Source: Bacillales bacterium UBA1744
Lineage (GTDB): Bacteria > Bacillota_I > Bacilli_A > RFN20 > CAG-826
Length of the DNA stretch: 57,329 nt
Assembly (NCBI GenBank): GCA_002314915.1
Contig: DCHU01000081.1
Coordinates: 300-57,628 of the forward strand
Reading direction: 5' to 3'
Position numbers and translations under genes: made by a program. Under the pieces are notes generated by a model, which was given only the letters and a program-made list of their open reading frames with translations, did not search any database and was not told the DNA's origin. Positions 29,251-38,591 of the stretch are shown one piece after another. The first letter of the stretch is position 1. Each line of letters starts with the position of its first letter.

Positions 29251-30314
29251 ACAGTTTCAAAGACTTAGAATTATTCTCAATCCAAATATCACAACCAGGC
29301 AAGAATTCAGACAAGGATTCCAATATGGTGTTTTCCGTTTGGAAAAGCGGCTATTACACAATTAGAACAACATCATTCGCAACGGTTGATGAAAGACCGA
29401 GTGGTTACTCCTACAAACTATCGCAAGAGGCTTTGGACAAGTTCGAAAAAATAACAAAGGAGTATACCGCCATCTTTAAGGATGTTCCGTCCGATAACCA
29501 CGTGGTTGGCGTTAAGAGTGTGGAGTACACGCTTTCAATCGATGGCAAATACGTTACAGGTAACTTCGCTGTTTTCCCTGAAGAGTTGATGGAAAGGGAA
29601 GACTTTACCGCAAAAGACAGAAAGAAGATGAAGTGGAACAACCATGTCGTCGACTTCTACAAGGAAATTTTGGAACTAGGAAGGGACATGGAAGCGTCGC
29701 ATCAGCTAACCTATGTACAGGAATCCGTAAAGGAACTTCATTATCTAAAACCATCAACGCGTTCTTATATTGATTCCTTTAAAAAAGGAATTGGAATTAC
29801 TGCCGCTGAATCCAAAACAAAAGATGCATTAATAAAACGCGCTATGAAAGAGGCGCTTGATGTAGAAAAGATTCCTTCAGGTAAGACGTTTGCCGATTTG
29901 GTTTCAGTTGTCAAAGAAGGAACGATTGATATGGCCCATAATTCTAAGAGCGATAGAGATTTTGATGTTGCTCATGGAAGACTTTGCAAGGCCATGTTAT
30001 CTGTCCTAGGCGAAGGCTATGACTATATTGAGGCAACAAGGATTGTGGATTACTTCTTTGTCTTATCGCTCCTTGTTTTAGATGAGATCCATACCGATGA
30101 ACAGGCATTGATGCTTCATTATCCTGTTACACCAGAACTACTTCTTAAGAAGTATGAGAACGCAACAAATGTTGAGTACACATTCTTCCAAAAAGATATG
30201 AGAACCCCGGTACCAAACGCAGTTATAGTTCCGGCATTATCTTTCTTGAATGCAATGAGATTCGATAGATTAAACGAATCACTAGAAGAAGATAAGCCTG
30301 TTGCTCAAGCGTAA
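29247..30314 (+). CDS. Hypothetical cytoplasmic protein
   Basis: 355-aa ORF ATGA-coupled to parB; no family confidently recognised. Confidence 0.7.
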   Translation: MNSFKDLELFSIQISQPGKNSDKDSNMVFSVWKSGYYTIRTTSFATVDERPSGYSYKLSQEALDKFEKITKEYTAIFKDVPSDNHVVGVKSVEYTLSIDGKYVTGNFAVFPEELMEREDFTAKDRKKMKWNNHVVDFYKEILELGRDMEASHQLTYVQESVKELHYLKPSTRSYIDSFKKGIGITAAESKTKDALIKRAMKEALDVEKIPSGKTFADLVSVVKEGTIDMAHNSKSDRDFDVAHGRLCKAMLSVLGEGYDYIEATRIVDYFFVLSLLVLDEIHTDEQALMLHYPVTPELLLKKYENATNVEYTFFQKDMRTPVPNAVIVPALSFLNAMRFDRLNESLEEDKPVAQA

Positions 30315-30347
30315 TCTTGCCAATTAAAAAACAAAGTGTAAAATATC

Positions 30348-30466
30348 AATTGCTTCAGGGTGACGATTGTTTCGTCGACTGGCGGTATAGCCCGCGAGCT
30401 CATAAGTGAGCATGAGTCTGGTGTAATTCCAGCGCCAACGGAAAGTCCGGATGTTAGAAGCGGATT
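30348..30466 (+). ncRNA. FMN (RFN) riboswitch, variant
   Basis: CTTCAGGG...GACTGGCGGTATAGCCCGCGAG...TGAGTCTGGTGTAATTCCAG...CCAACGG..AGTCCGGATG..AGAAG; preceded by TTGCCA-N16-TAAAAT and upstream of ribU. Confidence 0.88.
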
Positions 30467-30481
30467 CCTTTTTGGATATCT

Positions 30482-30517
30482 AACCCCTGTAGCATGTTCT
30501 GTTCGGGGGTTTTATTT
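30482..30517 (+). terminator. Riboswitch expression platform (terminator or SD-sequestering hairpin)
   Basis: AACCCC...GGGGTT followed by TTATTT, covering the G-rich RBS just before ATG 30518. Confidence 0.6.
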
Positions 30518-31219
30518 ATGGACATTACCAACATTATCATGCTTGTCGCTGTAGCGGTCTTATCTGTCGTCTCAGTTAAGCTTTACGGCAAGTTCTTCCC
30601 AGGAGGAAAGAAGAACTGGACAAGAATCATTGCAAGAACTGCAATCTTCGGTGCGATTTCGACAATCCTTTACGTTGTCCCAATCTTCCAGGTTAAATTG
30701 CCATTCTTACCATCATTCCTCTCTCTTCACTTTGACGAGATTCCGGTATTTGTCGCTGGATTCGCTTATGGCCCGCTAACCGCTGTAATCATTATTCTCG
30801 TCAAGACACTCATCAAATTGCCAATGACATCAACACTTTGTGTTGGTGAGTTTGCGGACTTTGTTTTCTCTGTCGCATTCATCGTCCCAGCAACAATCAT
30901 CTATAAGCGTATTAGAAACCTTAAAGGTGTTGCCATTGGTTTAGCTGTTTCTACAGCGTTACAGATTGTGGTTGCTACCGTATTGAACGTTTATGTAATG
31001 CTTCCTTTCTACATGACCGTCATGGGTCTTCCAGAAGCCGCAATCAAAGGAATGTGTCAGGCTGCGAATCCTGCTATCCTCACCCTTGTTCCAGATTGGA
31101 AGTGGGGATATGGACTTCTTGCGGTTGTGCCATTGAACGCTATCAAAGATGCAGTGGTTATCGCGGTAACATTCGTTGTTTATCGTTCGATTCACAAGTT
31201 GCTTAGATACGAGAAATAA
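30518..31219 (+). CDS. ribU: ECF transporter S component, riboflavin (RibU/FmnP)
   Basis: PFLPSFLSLHFDEIP..AGFAYGP, VGEFADF and LNVYVMLPFY motifs; downstream of an FMN riboswitch. Confidence 0.88.
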   Translation: MDITNIIMLVAVAVLSVVSVKLYGKFFPGGKKNWTRIIARTAIFGAISTILYVVPIFQVKLPFLPSFLSLHFDEIPVFVAGFAYGPLTAVIIILVKTLIKLPMTSTLCVGEFADFVFSVAFIVPATIIYKRIRNLKGVAIGLAVSTALQIVVATVLNVYVMLPFYMTVMGLPEAAIKGMCQAANPAILTLVPDWKWGYGLLAVVPLNAIKDAVVIAVTFVVYRSIHKLLRYEK

Positions 31220-31228
31220 GCAGCAAAT

Positions 31229-31257
31229 AAGGTCACCGATTATTCGATGACCTTTTT
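31229..31257. terminator. Terminator between convergent ribU and GH43
   Basis: AAGGTCA...TGACCTT plus T-run. Confidence 0.75.
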
Positions 31258-31274
31258 GTTATGTCTATTGATTA

Positions 31275-32825
31275 TTAGAATCCGTAGATTTCTGAACTCT
31301 TGATTGTCTCGAGTTCATCATATGTGAGCTGGAGGACTGAACCGTGACGTTTTCCGCCATTGCCCCAGCTATAGTTAGAATACGTCTTCCATGAACCGTT
31401 TGAATTGTCGAAGTCTTCAATGTCCGTTGTAGAGAATGGGAGATAACCTCTGCCGGTGTTATAAGCATCTGCCATGACGCACCATTCTGGTGTTTCTGGA
31501 TCTTCCCAGTCGCATTTGTTGAATGGGAAGAGCTCTGGTCCTTCTAACTGTGTGTTGTTAAGAGCGACGCTTGCGGTTAATCCGAGTTCATCTAAGTCGC
31601 AAACCTTTTCCCAAGCATCTACGTCAAGGATGTTTTCGCTTCTCTGGATCAGGATTCCGCCTTCTTTATCAGGGTTGTCGCCGTCTTTTGTGATTGAGTA
31701 ATACCAATCGCCGACCTTTCTACAAGTAGCATCGATGATGTTTCTTGCTGAACCGTCTTTGTTCAATTGGTTGTCGACGAAGAGTCTTGGTGTACCGAAA
31801 TGTTTGAAGTCACGTGTGGTTGCACGATATACCGCGTCACCTTTGACTTTGATCTTATCGTTGTCCTTCTTCGTTAAGTCGTCGATATATGCGCTTGACC
31901 AGAAGATGACGTACTGACCGGTTTCGAAGTCATATGTCATTTCAGGTGCCCATGCCATGCCTGCGCCACCGTTTGGATATAAGTCTCCATCCAAACCTGC
32001 AGCTTCCGCAAGGATACCATCAGCAACTGGGATATAGCTTGGTTCGCCCCAGTCTGATAAGTCTGTTGTCTCCCAAAGGATTAAAGTGTGAGTTCCATTA
32101 ACTGTTGGGAATGTGTATCCGTGTGATGTGTTAGCCCAACCGCCATTTGAACCATCTGGGTTCTTTCTGTTGTTGATCTTCAAGTCTGTTGCGATGATGA
32201 AGAATCTGTCACCTTCAGGTGAACGATATACGAATGGGTCACGAACGCCCATTTCGCTTGCGGTGGATTTAAGAACAGCGTTGTTGTTGTTGAGAGGTGT
32301 GAAGTTGAATCCTTTTCCCTCATCAGCAAGAGACATATAAACCTGTTCGCCGTTAGCAGAACCTTCGCCCGTGAATGTAACCATGAGATAGCCTACGTAA
32401 TCATCATCTTCAGGGACTCCGCAATCTGCTAAGACTTTAACTGACTTTTCAATCATGCAGTACTGGCCGTCTTTAACAACTGTTGCAGTGAGTTTAACAT
32501 CTGCGTCGTTTGCCCAACGTGTGACTACACCAGGTGCCATTCCGTTTTCTTCTTCATCGGTGATAGTGTTTGTATCGCTGCTGTACCAAGTAATTTCAGC
32601 TCCGTCTAAAGAAGTTGGAAGATAAATGTTTCCTCTGATTGCGTCTGCATCTCTGATTTCGAGTTGTTCTGCATAGACTGCAGCGGTTTCTGCATCCATC
32701 TCTGGAAGATCTGGTCTCACAGGGCCGTTAGAACTGGTGCTTGGTGTTGGTTTGTTTCCACCTCCACAGGCCGTTAATGCCAAAATACCAAATGCTGCTA
32801 CTAAAAGTTTTCTTTTTGCTTTCAT
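31275..32825 (-). CDS. GH43 lipoprotein (arabinofuranosidase/xylosidase-like) with N-terminal Ig-like domain
   Basis: Lipobox LTA-C; GVRDPF, IATDL, WAPE, IIDAT, EGPE and RHGSV catalytic motifs. Confidence 0.88.
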   Translation of the reverse strand: MKAKRKLLVAAFGILALTACGGGNKPTPSTSSNGPVRPDLPEMDAETAAVYAEQLEIRDADAIRGNIYLPTSLDGAEITWYSSDTNTITDEEENGMAPGVVTRWANDADVKLTATVVKDGQYCMIEKSVKVLADCGVPEDDDYVGYLMVTFTGEGSANGEQVYMSLADEGKGFNFTPLNNNNAVLKSTASEMGVRDPFVYRSPEGDRFFIIATDLKINNRKNPDGSNGGWANTSHGYTFPTVNGTHTLILWETTDLSDWGEPSYIPVADGILAEAAGLDGDLYPNGGAGMAWAPEMTYDFETGQYVIFWSSAYIDDLTKKDNDKIKVKGDAVYRATTRDFKHFGTPRLFVDNQLNKDGSARNIIDATCRKVGDWYYSITKDGDNPDKEGGILIQRSENILDVDAWEKVCDLDELGLTASVALNNTQLEGPELFPFNKCDWEDPETPEWCVMADAYNTGRGYLPFSTTDIEDFDNSNGSWKTYSNYSWGNGGKRHGSVLQLTYDELETIKSSEIYGF

Positions 32826-33017
32826 AATAGTAGTGGCTCCTTTATCCACTTAATGAATTTGTTTTCTCCATTATATCTATCGGACTTCTTTTAAAAAGGT
32901 GTTTCCGTGCAATAACCGCCAAATTGTCAATAATGTATATAAGGAAAACGCAAACTTATCAGTTTTTGCCTCGCATAATTATTGGATAACCAACAATTAT
33001 CACTGCATGAGAGCAAT

Positions 33018-33049
33018 AAAAAAGCCCGCCAATAAGGTGGGCTGTTTTT
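33018..33049 (-). terminator. Terminator after ferredoxin
   Basis: AGCCCGCC...GGTGGGCT stem with A- and T-runs. Confidence 0.75.
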
Positions 33050-33066
33050 ATTAGTCTGCGCGGAGA

Positions 33067-33249
33067 TTATTCCTCTTCGATAGCAGCAACTGGGCATGTA
33101 GCGATGACTTCATCAACTGCATCTTCAGCTGGCTGAGCAACGACTTCTGACTTGCCTTCATCGTTGATTGTGAAGACATCTGCATAGACAGCAGCACAAG
33201 CGCCGCATCCGATGCATGCATCAGCATTAACTTTAACTTTTCTTGCCAT
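33067..33249 (-). CDS. fer: Single-cluster [4Fe-4S] ferredoxin
   Basis: CIGCGAC...CPVAAI; GGAGG SD. Confidence 0.92.
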   Translation of the reverse strand: MARKVKVNADACIGCGACAAVYADVFTINDEGKSEVVAQPAEDAVDEVIATCPVAAIEEE

Positions 33250-33369
33250 TTGTAATTCCTCCGAACTTACTATCGATTATAGAATACATACGTAGTTAGT
33301 CATAACTAATCTTTATAGTTTTATTCCGTTGTTTCTAAAGAAACCTTTTCAATGTAGAATATTTATTGT

Positions 33370-33675
33370 ATGGAACAGACAAGAACAGAGAAGTGGAGAA
33401 AATACAGAGAGTCAATTAAGAAGCTCCCTGACCATAAATTTCCGCCTCACAACTCAAAGAACGAGAGAATGACAACTCCGGGAGATGAGGAAGCGATGAT
33501 GAATGCCACATCGGCACAATCCTTGGCTGTTGGTACATCAAAACCAAAGAGAAATGTTCTCTACGGCGCATATCTAAAGAAAATAAGAACAAAAAGAATA
33601 ATTAAGTATAGCGTTGCGGTAATACTTCTAGTATTATTCGTCGTGGCTTATTTTGTACTAGTGAAAGGAGCTTAG
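33370..33675 (+). CDS. Small basic protein with a C-terminal membrane anchor
   Basis: 101 aa with C-terminal hydrophobic helix; its 3' end carries the SD for cmk. Confidence 0.7.
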   Translation: MEQTRTEKWRKYRESIKKLPDHKFPPHNSKNERMTTPGDEEAMMNATSAQSLAVGTSKPKRNVLYGAYLKKIRTKRIIKYSVAVILLVLFVVAYFVLVKGA

Positions 33676-33677
33676 TT

Positions 33678-34355
33678 ATGAACGAAAAAGTAATCTCAAT
33701 CGCAATCGATGGACCTGCAGCGGCAGGTAAATCAACTGTTGCTAAGTTGGTAGCTAAGGCTCTCAACTACACATATATCGACACAGGTGCAATGTACCGC
33801 GCAGTTACATATGCAGTGATCAAGGCTGGTTTAAACCCAGAAAACGAAGAAGAATCAGTAACGGTTCTTCCTGGAATGACTATTGACCTTTTGGAAGATG
33901 GAACAGTTCTCTGTAATGGCGAGGACGTTTCAAAGGTCATTAGAACGCCTATGGTTTCAAGCAAGGTCAGCTATATCGCCGCCATGAAGCCGGTAAGACT
34001 CGCTTTAGTCGATATGCAAAGAGCGATGTCCAATTCAAAATGCGTTGTTATGGACGGAAGAGATATTGGCACATATGTTTTGCCAAACGCTCAGGTTAAG
34101 ATCTTCCAAATCGCTTCGGTCGAATGCAGAGCGCAGAGAAGATATGATGAGAATCTTTCCAAAGGAATACCAACCACAATGGAAGATGTCATCGAAGACG
34201 TTAAGAAACGCGACTATATCGATTCACACAGAGCATTTGCTCCACTTAAGCCAGCAGATGACTCAGTTCAGTTAGACACATCCACTATGAATATTCAGCA
34301 AGTTGTGGATGCTATCTTAGCTATCGTCAAAGACAAAACGGGGGTAGGGGCATAA
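33678..34355 (+). CDS. cmk: Cytidylate kinase
   Basis: IAIDGPAAAGKST, DTGAMYR and DGRDIGT motifs. Confidence 0.97.
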   Translation: MNEKVISIAIDGPAAAGKSTVAKLVAKALNYTYIDTGAMYRAVTYAVIKAGLNPENEEESVTVLPGMTIDLLEDGTVLCNGEDVSKVIRTPMVSSKVSYIAAMKPVRLALVDMQRAMSNSKCVVMDGRDIGTYVLPNAQVKIFQIASVECRAQRRYDENLSKGIPTTMEDVIEDVKKRDYIDSHRAFAPLKPADDSVQLDTSTMNIQQVVDAILAIVKDKTGVGA

Positions 34356-35662
34356 TGGAATTAGGAACAGTTGCATTAGTTGGTTCACCTTCAGCGGGCA
34401 AATCAACAGTATTCAATAGATTCATCGGCGAGAGAAGATCGATCGTCGAAGAAACTCCAGGTATCACCAGAGACCGTTTGTATGGAAAGGCTACCTGGTT
34501 AACAAAGGAATTCACAATCATTGATACCGGAGGTATCCAGGTTCAGAATGTGCCATTCCAGCAGGAAATCAGAACTCAGGTCGAAATCGCTATCGATGAG
34601 GCTGATGTCATCGTTTTCCTCGTAGATTCAAAATTAGGAGTCACGTCCAACGATAGATACATCGCCAAACTTCTTCACAAGTGCAGCAAGAAAGTTATTC
34701 TTGTCGCAAATAAGATTGACTCAATCCAGGAATACGCAAACACATCAGAATTCTTCAAACTTGGTTTTGGAGAACCTATGGTCGTTTCTGGCGCACACGG
34801 CATTGGCATCGGTGATTTGCTCGATGAAATCGTTAAGAACCTTCCGGAGAAAGAAACCGTCACTTATGGTGAGGCGATTCCTTTTGCATTAATCGGAAGA
34901 CCAAACGTTGGAAAGTCCTCATTGACCAATAGATTACTCGGTAACACCCGTACAATTGTTTCGGATATTGCCGGTACAACTAGAGATTCTATCGACTCAA
35001 AGTTCGAGAAAGATGGTCAGACGTACGTAGTTATTGATACCGCAGGTCTCGTTAAGAGAGGCAAGATTTATGAAGCCGTCGATAAATACGCTGCTTTGAG
35101 AGCAATGTCCGCCATCGAAAGATCGGAAGTCTGTTTGCTCTTAATTGACGCTTCATTAGGTATCCTTGAACAGGATAAGCATGTTGTTGGATACGCTATG
35201 GAGAGAAACAAAGCCATCATCATCCTCGTTAACAAATGGGATTTGGGAAAAGGCGGAGAACTCTCAAAGAATGAGTTCACCGAAAAAATAAGAAAAGAAT
35301 TCAAGTTCTTGGACTATGCACCTATTTTCTATATCTCTGCTGCAACAGGCGAAGGGGTTAATCAAATACTCCCAGCAATCAAAGCGGCGCATGAGGCATA
35401 TCACAGAAGAATCCCAACTCCAATCCTTAATAGAATTGTCGCGGATGCTCAGGATATGAACCCAACTCCAAACTTCAACCACGGCAGATTAAAGATCATT
35501 TTCGCTAACCAAGTAAACGTTATGCCACCTACATTTGTCTTCTTCTGCAACGACCCAAATACGGCACATTTCTCGTACACTCGCTACTTAGAAAACAGAA
35601 TCAGAGAATCGTTTGATTTCTCGGGCACTCCAATCCAAATTGTCTATAGAGTCAGAAAATAA
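34355..35662 (+). CDS. der: Ribosome biogenesis GTPase Der/EngA
   Basis: Two G domains (GSPSAGKST/DTGG/NKID and GRPNVGKSS/DTAG/NKWD) plus KH-like tail. Confidence 0.97.
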   Translation: MELGTVALVGSPSAGKSTVFNRFIGERRSIVEETPGITRDRLYGKATWLTKEFTIIDTGGIQVQNVPFQQEIRTQVEIAIDEADVIVFLVDSKLGVTSNDRYIAKLLHKCSKKVILVANKIDSIQEYANTSEFFKLGFGEPMVVSGAHGIGIGDLLDEIVKNLPEKETVTYGEAIPFALIGRPNVGKSSLTNRLLGNTRTIVSDIAGTTRDSIDSKFEKDGQTYVVIDTAGLVKRGKIYEAVDKYAALRAMSAIERSEVCLLLIDASLGILEQDKHVVGYAMERNKAIIILVNKWDLGKGGELSKNEFTEKIRKEFKFLDYAPIFYISAATGEGVNQILPAIKAAHEAYHRRIPTPILNRIVADAQDMNPTPNFNHGRLKIIFANQVNVMPPTFVFFCNDPNTAHFSYTRYLENRIRESFDFSGTPIQIVYRVRK

Positions 35663-35782
35663 AAAAGTTTTGATTTAATCGGTATTTTTTATCGTAAAAA
35701 TTGTATTAAAAAGTGCTTGAATGGAAGGGTGTTGAGTGATAATCTTCTCACGCTCTAATTTTATCAATCGGAGGAAATAACC

Positions 35783-36055
35783 ATGAATAAAGCAGAATTA
35801 ATCGAAAAGGTTTCAGCCTTAACAGAAGTTAACAAAAAAGACGCAGAAGCAATCGTTGATGCAACATTCGAAGTCATCGCAGCAAAGGTCGCTTCAGGCG
35901 AGACAGTAAAGATCTCTGGATTCGGAATCTTTGAGAAGAAGGAACGTGCTACAAGAATCGGCACAAACCCATCCAACCAGGAAAAGATCGAAATCCCAGC
36001 AAGCAACACAATCAGCTTCAAGGTTTCAAAGACTTTAAAGGCAAAACTTAACTAA
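35783..36055 (+). CDS. hup: DNA-binding protein HU
   Basis: MNKAELI, GFGIF and R.GTNP motifs. Confidence 0.95.
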   Translation: MNKAELIEKVSALTEVNKKDAEAIVDATFEVIAAKVASGETVKISGFGIFEKKERATRIGTNPSNQEKIEIPASNTISFKVSKTLKAKLN

Positions 36056-36077
36056 GTTTTCCAAAAAATTGCAGAAC

Positions 36078-36104
36078 AGCCTCGCTTATGCGAGGTTTTT
36101 CTTT
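36078..36104 (+). terminator. Intrinsic terminator
   Basis: AGCCTCGC-ttat-GCGAGGTT plus T-run. Confidence 0.85.
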
Positions 36105-36127
36105 GCGCATGTGCTAATATACATAAT

Positions 36128-36751
36128 ATGCGTGATGAAGCTTTTGAAATCTTAAAGATTCTTTTCAACCAAAATGGTTACAGACTATATATGGTAGGCG
36201 GTACCACTAGGGATTTTTTGCTTGGAAGAGATTATGAAGATAGAGACTTCGTTACCGATGCAACGCCAGAACAGGAAAAGGAATTCCTCCCTAATGCTGA
36301 ATACCAATTCGCAAAATTCGGTTCAATTAGGGTGAAGGTTGCCGGCATCAAAGTCGATATCACCACTCTAAGAGTTGAAGGTGAATACAACGATCGTAGA
36401 CACCCGGGTTTCATCAAGTTCGTAAAGAGTATTGAAGAAGATTATGTGAGAAGGGATTTTACAATCAATGCCCTTTATATGGATGAGGCTTATCAAGTGC
36501 ATGATTTCGGAACTGGAATCGATGACTTGAACGCTGGCGTTATTAGATTCATTGGAGATCCTGACAAAAGGATCATGGAAGACCCATTGAGAATCATTAG
36601 AGCTGAAAGATTTGCTGAAACATTAGGTTTTGAACTTGATGATGACACTAAAGAAGCGTGCATTAGAAACAGAGGTTTACTCGATGAGTTAAACCCGGAT
36701 AAGATTAACGAAGAAAGAAGAAAGGGATGGGTTGATAGATATGGCAAATAA
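36128..36751 (+). CDS. cca: Class II tRNA nucleotidyltransferase (CCA-adding), lacking the C-terminal half
   Basis: VGG..RD, DRD, RRDFTINA and EDPLRIIRA.RF motifs; only 207 aa. Confidence 0.88.
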   Translation: MRDEAFEILKILFNQNGYRLYMVGGTTRDFLLGRDYEDRDFVTDATPEQEKEFLPNAEYQFAKFGSIRVKVAGIKVDITTLRVEGEYNDRRHPGFIKFVKSIEEDYVRRDFTINALYMDEAYQVHDFGTGIDDLNAGVIRFIGDPDKRIMEDPLRIIRAERFAETLGFELDDDTKEACIRNRGLLDELNPDKINEERRKGWVDRYGK

Positions 36752-37397
36752 CACAATATTCTCTGCGGTTAGTTTCCGTGGAACAATCCTTGATTGCTAT
36801 AAGAAATTAGGGCTCAGCGAAAATGAGCTGGTAGTTATTTTGGTAATCGATAGATTGCTTGAGCAAGGTAATACTTTCTTCACATCTCAGGACCTTGCCA
36901 TGAAGATGTCTTTGTCGGCATCGGAAATCGATAAGATCATGGCAGGACTATATGGTCGCAACCTCATCACTTTAGAGAGCATGGGTGCAGAGAGCTACTG
37001 GTCAATCGACAACGTTAAGACACAGGTGCAGGCTGAATTCACAAAACAATTCAACTTAGAGCAAGACGTTGCGATGAATAAGCAGTTAGAAGAGAGACGT
37101 TCTTCTCTTTTGAAATTCTTTGAAGAGAAGATGGATAAGACGCTTTCTCCTTTGGAGAAGGATTCTATCAAGGAATGGATTGCCGCTGACTTCACGGACG
37201 ACGAAATCAAAGATGCTTTGATGGATGCGAAACAGCAGGGTAAGACAACAATCAGAGCGGTTGATAAAATCTTGCGCAATCATAGAAGAGAGCAAGACAT
37301 CATCAAAGAAGGGGCTTCAGGAGTTAGCGATTCCTGGGACTCCGATATCGAAAAGACAATCGAGATTGCAAAGAACCTTTGGAATGTTGACGAATAA
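36741..37397 (+). CDS. dnaD: Primosomal protein DnaD
   Basis: YKKLGLSENE, FEEKM...LSPLE...W and VDKIL motifs; cca-dnaD-nth synteny. Confidence 0.85.
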   Translation: MANNTIFSAVSFRGTILDCYKKLGLSENELVVILVIDRLLEQGNTFFTSQDLAMKMSLSASEIDKIMAGLYGRNLITLESMGAESYWSIDNVKTQVQAEFTKQFNLEQDVAMNKQLEERRSSLLKFFEEKMDKTLSPLEKDSIKEWIAADFTDDEIKDALMDAKQQGKTTIRAVDKILRNHRREQDIIKEGASGVSDSWDSDIEKTIEIAKNLWNVDE

Positions 37398-38034
37398 GAG
37401 CAGTGCGGTAATCGCCTTTTTAGAGAAAGAGTTTCCCGGAGTTGGTTGTGAACTTACCTTCTCCAATCCTTTTGAATGCCTTGTCGCCATCTCTTTAAGC
37501 GCACAGACTACCGACAAGTCGGTAAATAGAGTTACTCCCTCCTTGTTTAGCAAGTATCCAACGCCTTTCGATTTAGCGAACGCTGAACAAAGGGATGTTG
37601 AGGTAATCATCCAATCCTTGGGGCTGTATAAGAATAAGGCTAAGAACATCATATCTCTTGCCAGCGATATCGTTACTAGGTTTAACGGTGTTGTACCTGA
37701 AAATCTAAAGGATTTGACTTCTTTAAGCGGCGTGGGCACAAAGACTGCGGGCGTATTCCTTTTAGAAATAGCGGGCGTGCAGGCAATGCCTGTGGACACG
37801 CACGTGCATAGAGTCTCTGATAGGCTTGGCTATTCCAAACCATCAATGGACCCTTATGATCTTCAACTTAAACTCCAAAAGACATTCCCTAAGGAAAAGT
37901 GGGGTCAACTACATCACCAGCTTATTCACTTCGGAAGAAAAATCTGCCATGCAAAAAGCCCACAGTGCGATGTCTGTGAGCTTAAGGAATACTGTTCTTA
38001 TTTCAAGAAGACTTCATCGATTAAAGGCAAATAA
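37384..38034 (+). CDS. nth: Endonuclease III
   Basis: LSAQTTD, GVGTKTA (HhH), VDTHV and C..K.P.C..C.....C cluster motif. Confidence 0.95.
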   Translation: MLTNKSSAVIAFLEKEFPGVGCELTFSNPFECLVAISLSAQTTDKSVNRVTPSLFSKYPTPFDLANAEQRDVEVIIQSLGLYKNKAKNIISLASDIVTRFNGVVPENLKDLTSLSGVGTKTAGVFLLEIAGVQAMPVDTHVHRVSDRLGYSKPSMDPYDLQLKLQKTFPKEKWGQLHHQLIHFGRKICHAKSPQCDVCELKEYCSYFKKTSSIKGK

Positions 38035-38591
38035 TCAAATCTAGGTCTAAAGGCCTCTTTAACGAGATGGCCTTTTTCTTTTATCACGGAGATAGGGATG
38101 GATTTGCGAGGCTTGTTCTCATAGAAGTCGCACACGAATTCGGCATCCAACAAATACACTTCGCCTATCGCATAGCAATTGATCAAGAAGAAAGCGATGC
38201 CTCCTTGTTTCTTTACGTTTCTTAGATGCGCAACCTGCTGTGGTGCGATGTTGGACAATGGGAATGATGTCGCGGATTTCGTCGATTTGGCTTCGAAGTC
38301 AATATAGTGGCCTTTGTACACTCCGTTATAGTCAGTTGTGGACTGCGCCTCGAAATAAGCCTGGGTGATTTTCGCACCTTTGGTGTAATCGACTTTGACG
38401 ATATTGATTGGCGTTGGTCTCTTATAAATAAGCGCCAATCCTTTTTCTAAGTAATAAGAGTTTGTGTCGTTGATATCGGTCTCAAAACCCATACCGCGGT
38501 TAGCGGCACTCTCTATGTGTTTATTTTCTTTTTTCTTTGCAGGAGTTTCAGGAATATCCATCTTGATTCCGCTAGGGTATTTGAAAGCCAT
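37998..38591 (-). CDS. recU: Holliday junction resolvase RecU
   Basis: NRGMGFE, KRPTP, STTDYNG and FEAKST motifs. Confidence 0.96.
   Translation of the reverse strand: MAFKYPSGIKMDIPETPAKKKENKHIESAANRGMGFETDINDTNSYYLEKGLALIYKRPTPINIVKVDYTKGAKITQAYFEAQSTTDYNGVYKGHYIDFEAKSTKSATSFPLSNIAPQQVAHLRNVKKQGGIAFFLINCYAIGEVYLLDAEFVCDFYENKPRKSIPISVIKEKGHLVKEAFRPRFDYLPLIDEVFLK

Noticed and set aside
30360-30554. 64-aa ORF and upstream start at 30494 for ribU
   Set aside because: They overlap the riboswitch and its expression platform.
37225-37383. Long N-terminal extension of nth
   Set aside because: It overlaps dnaD; Nth homology begins at about 37384.
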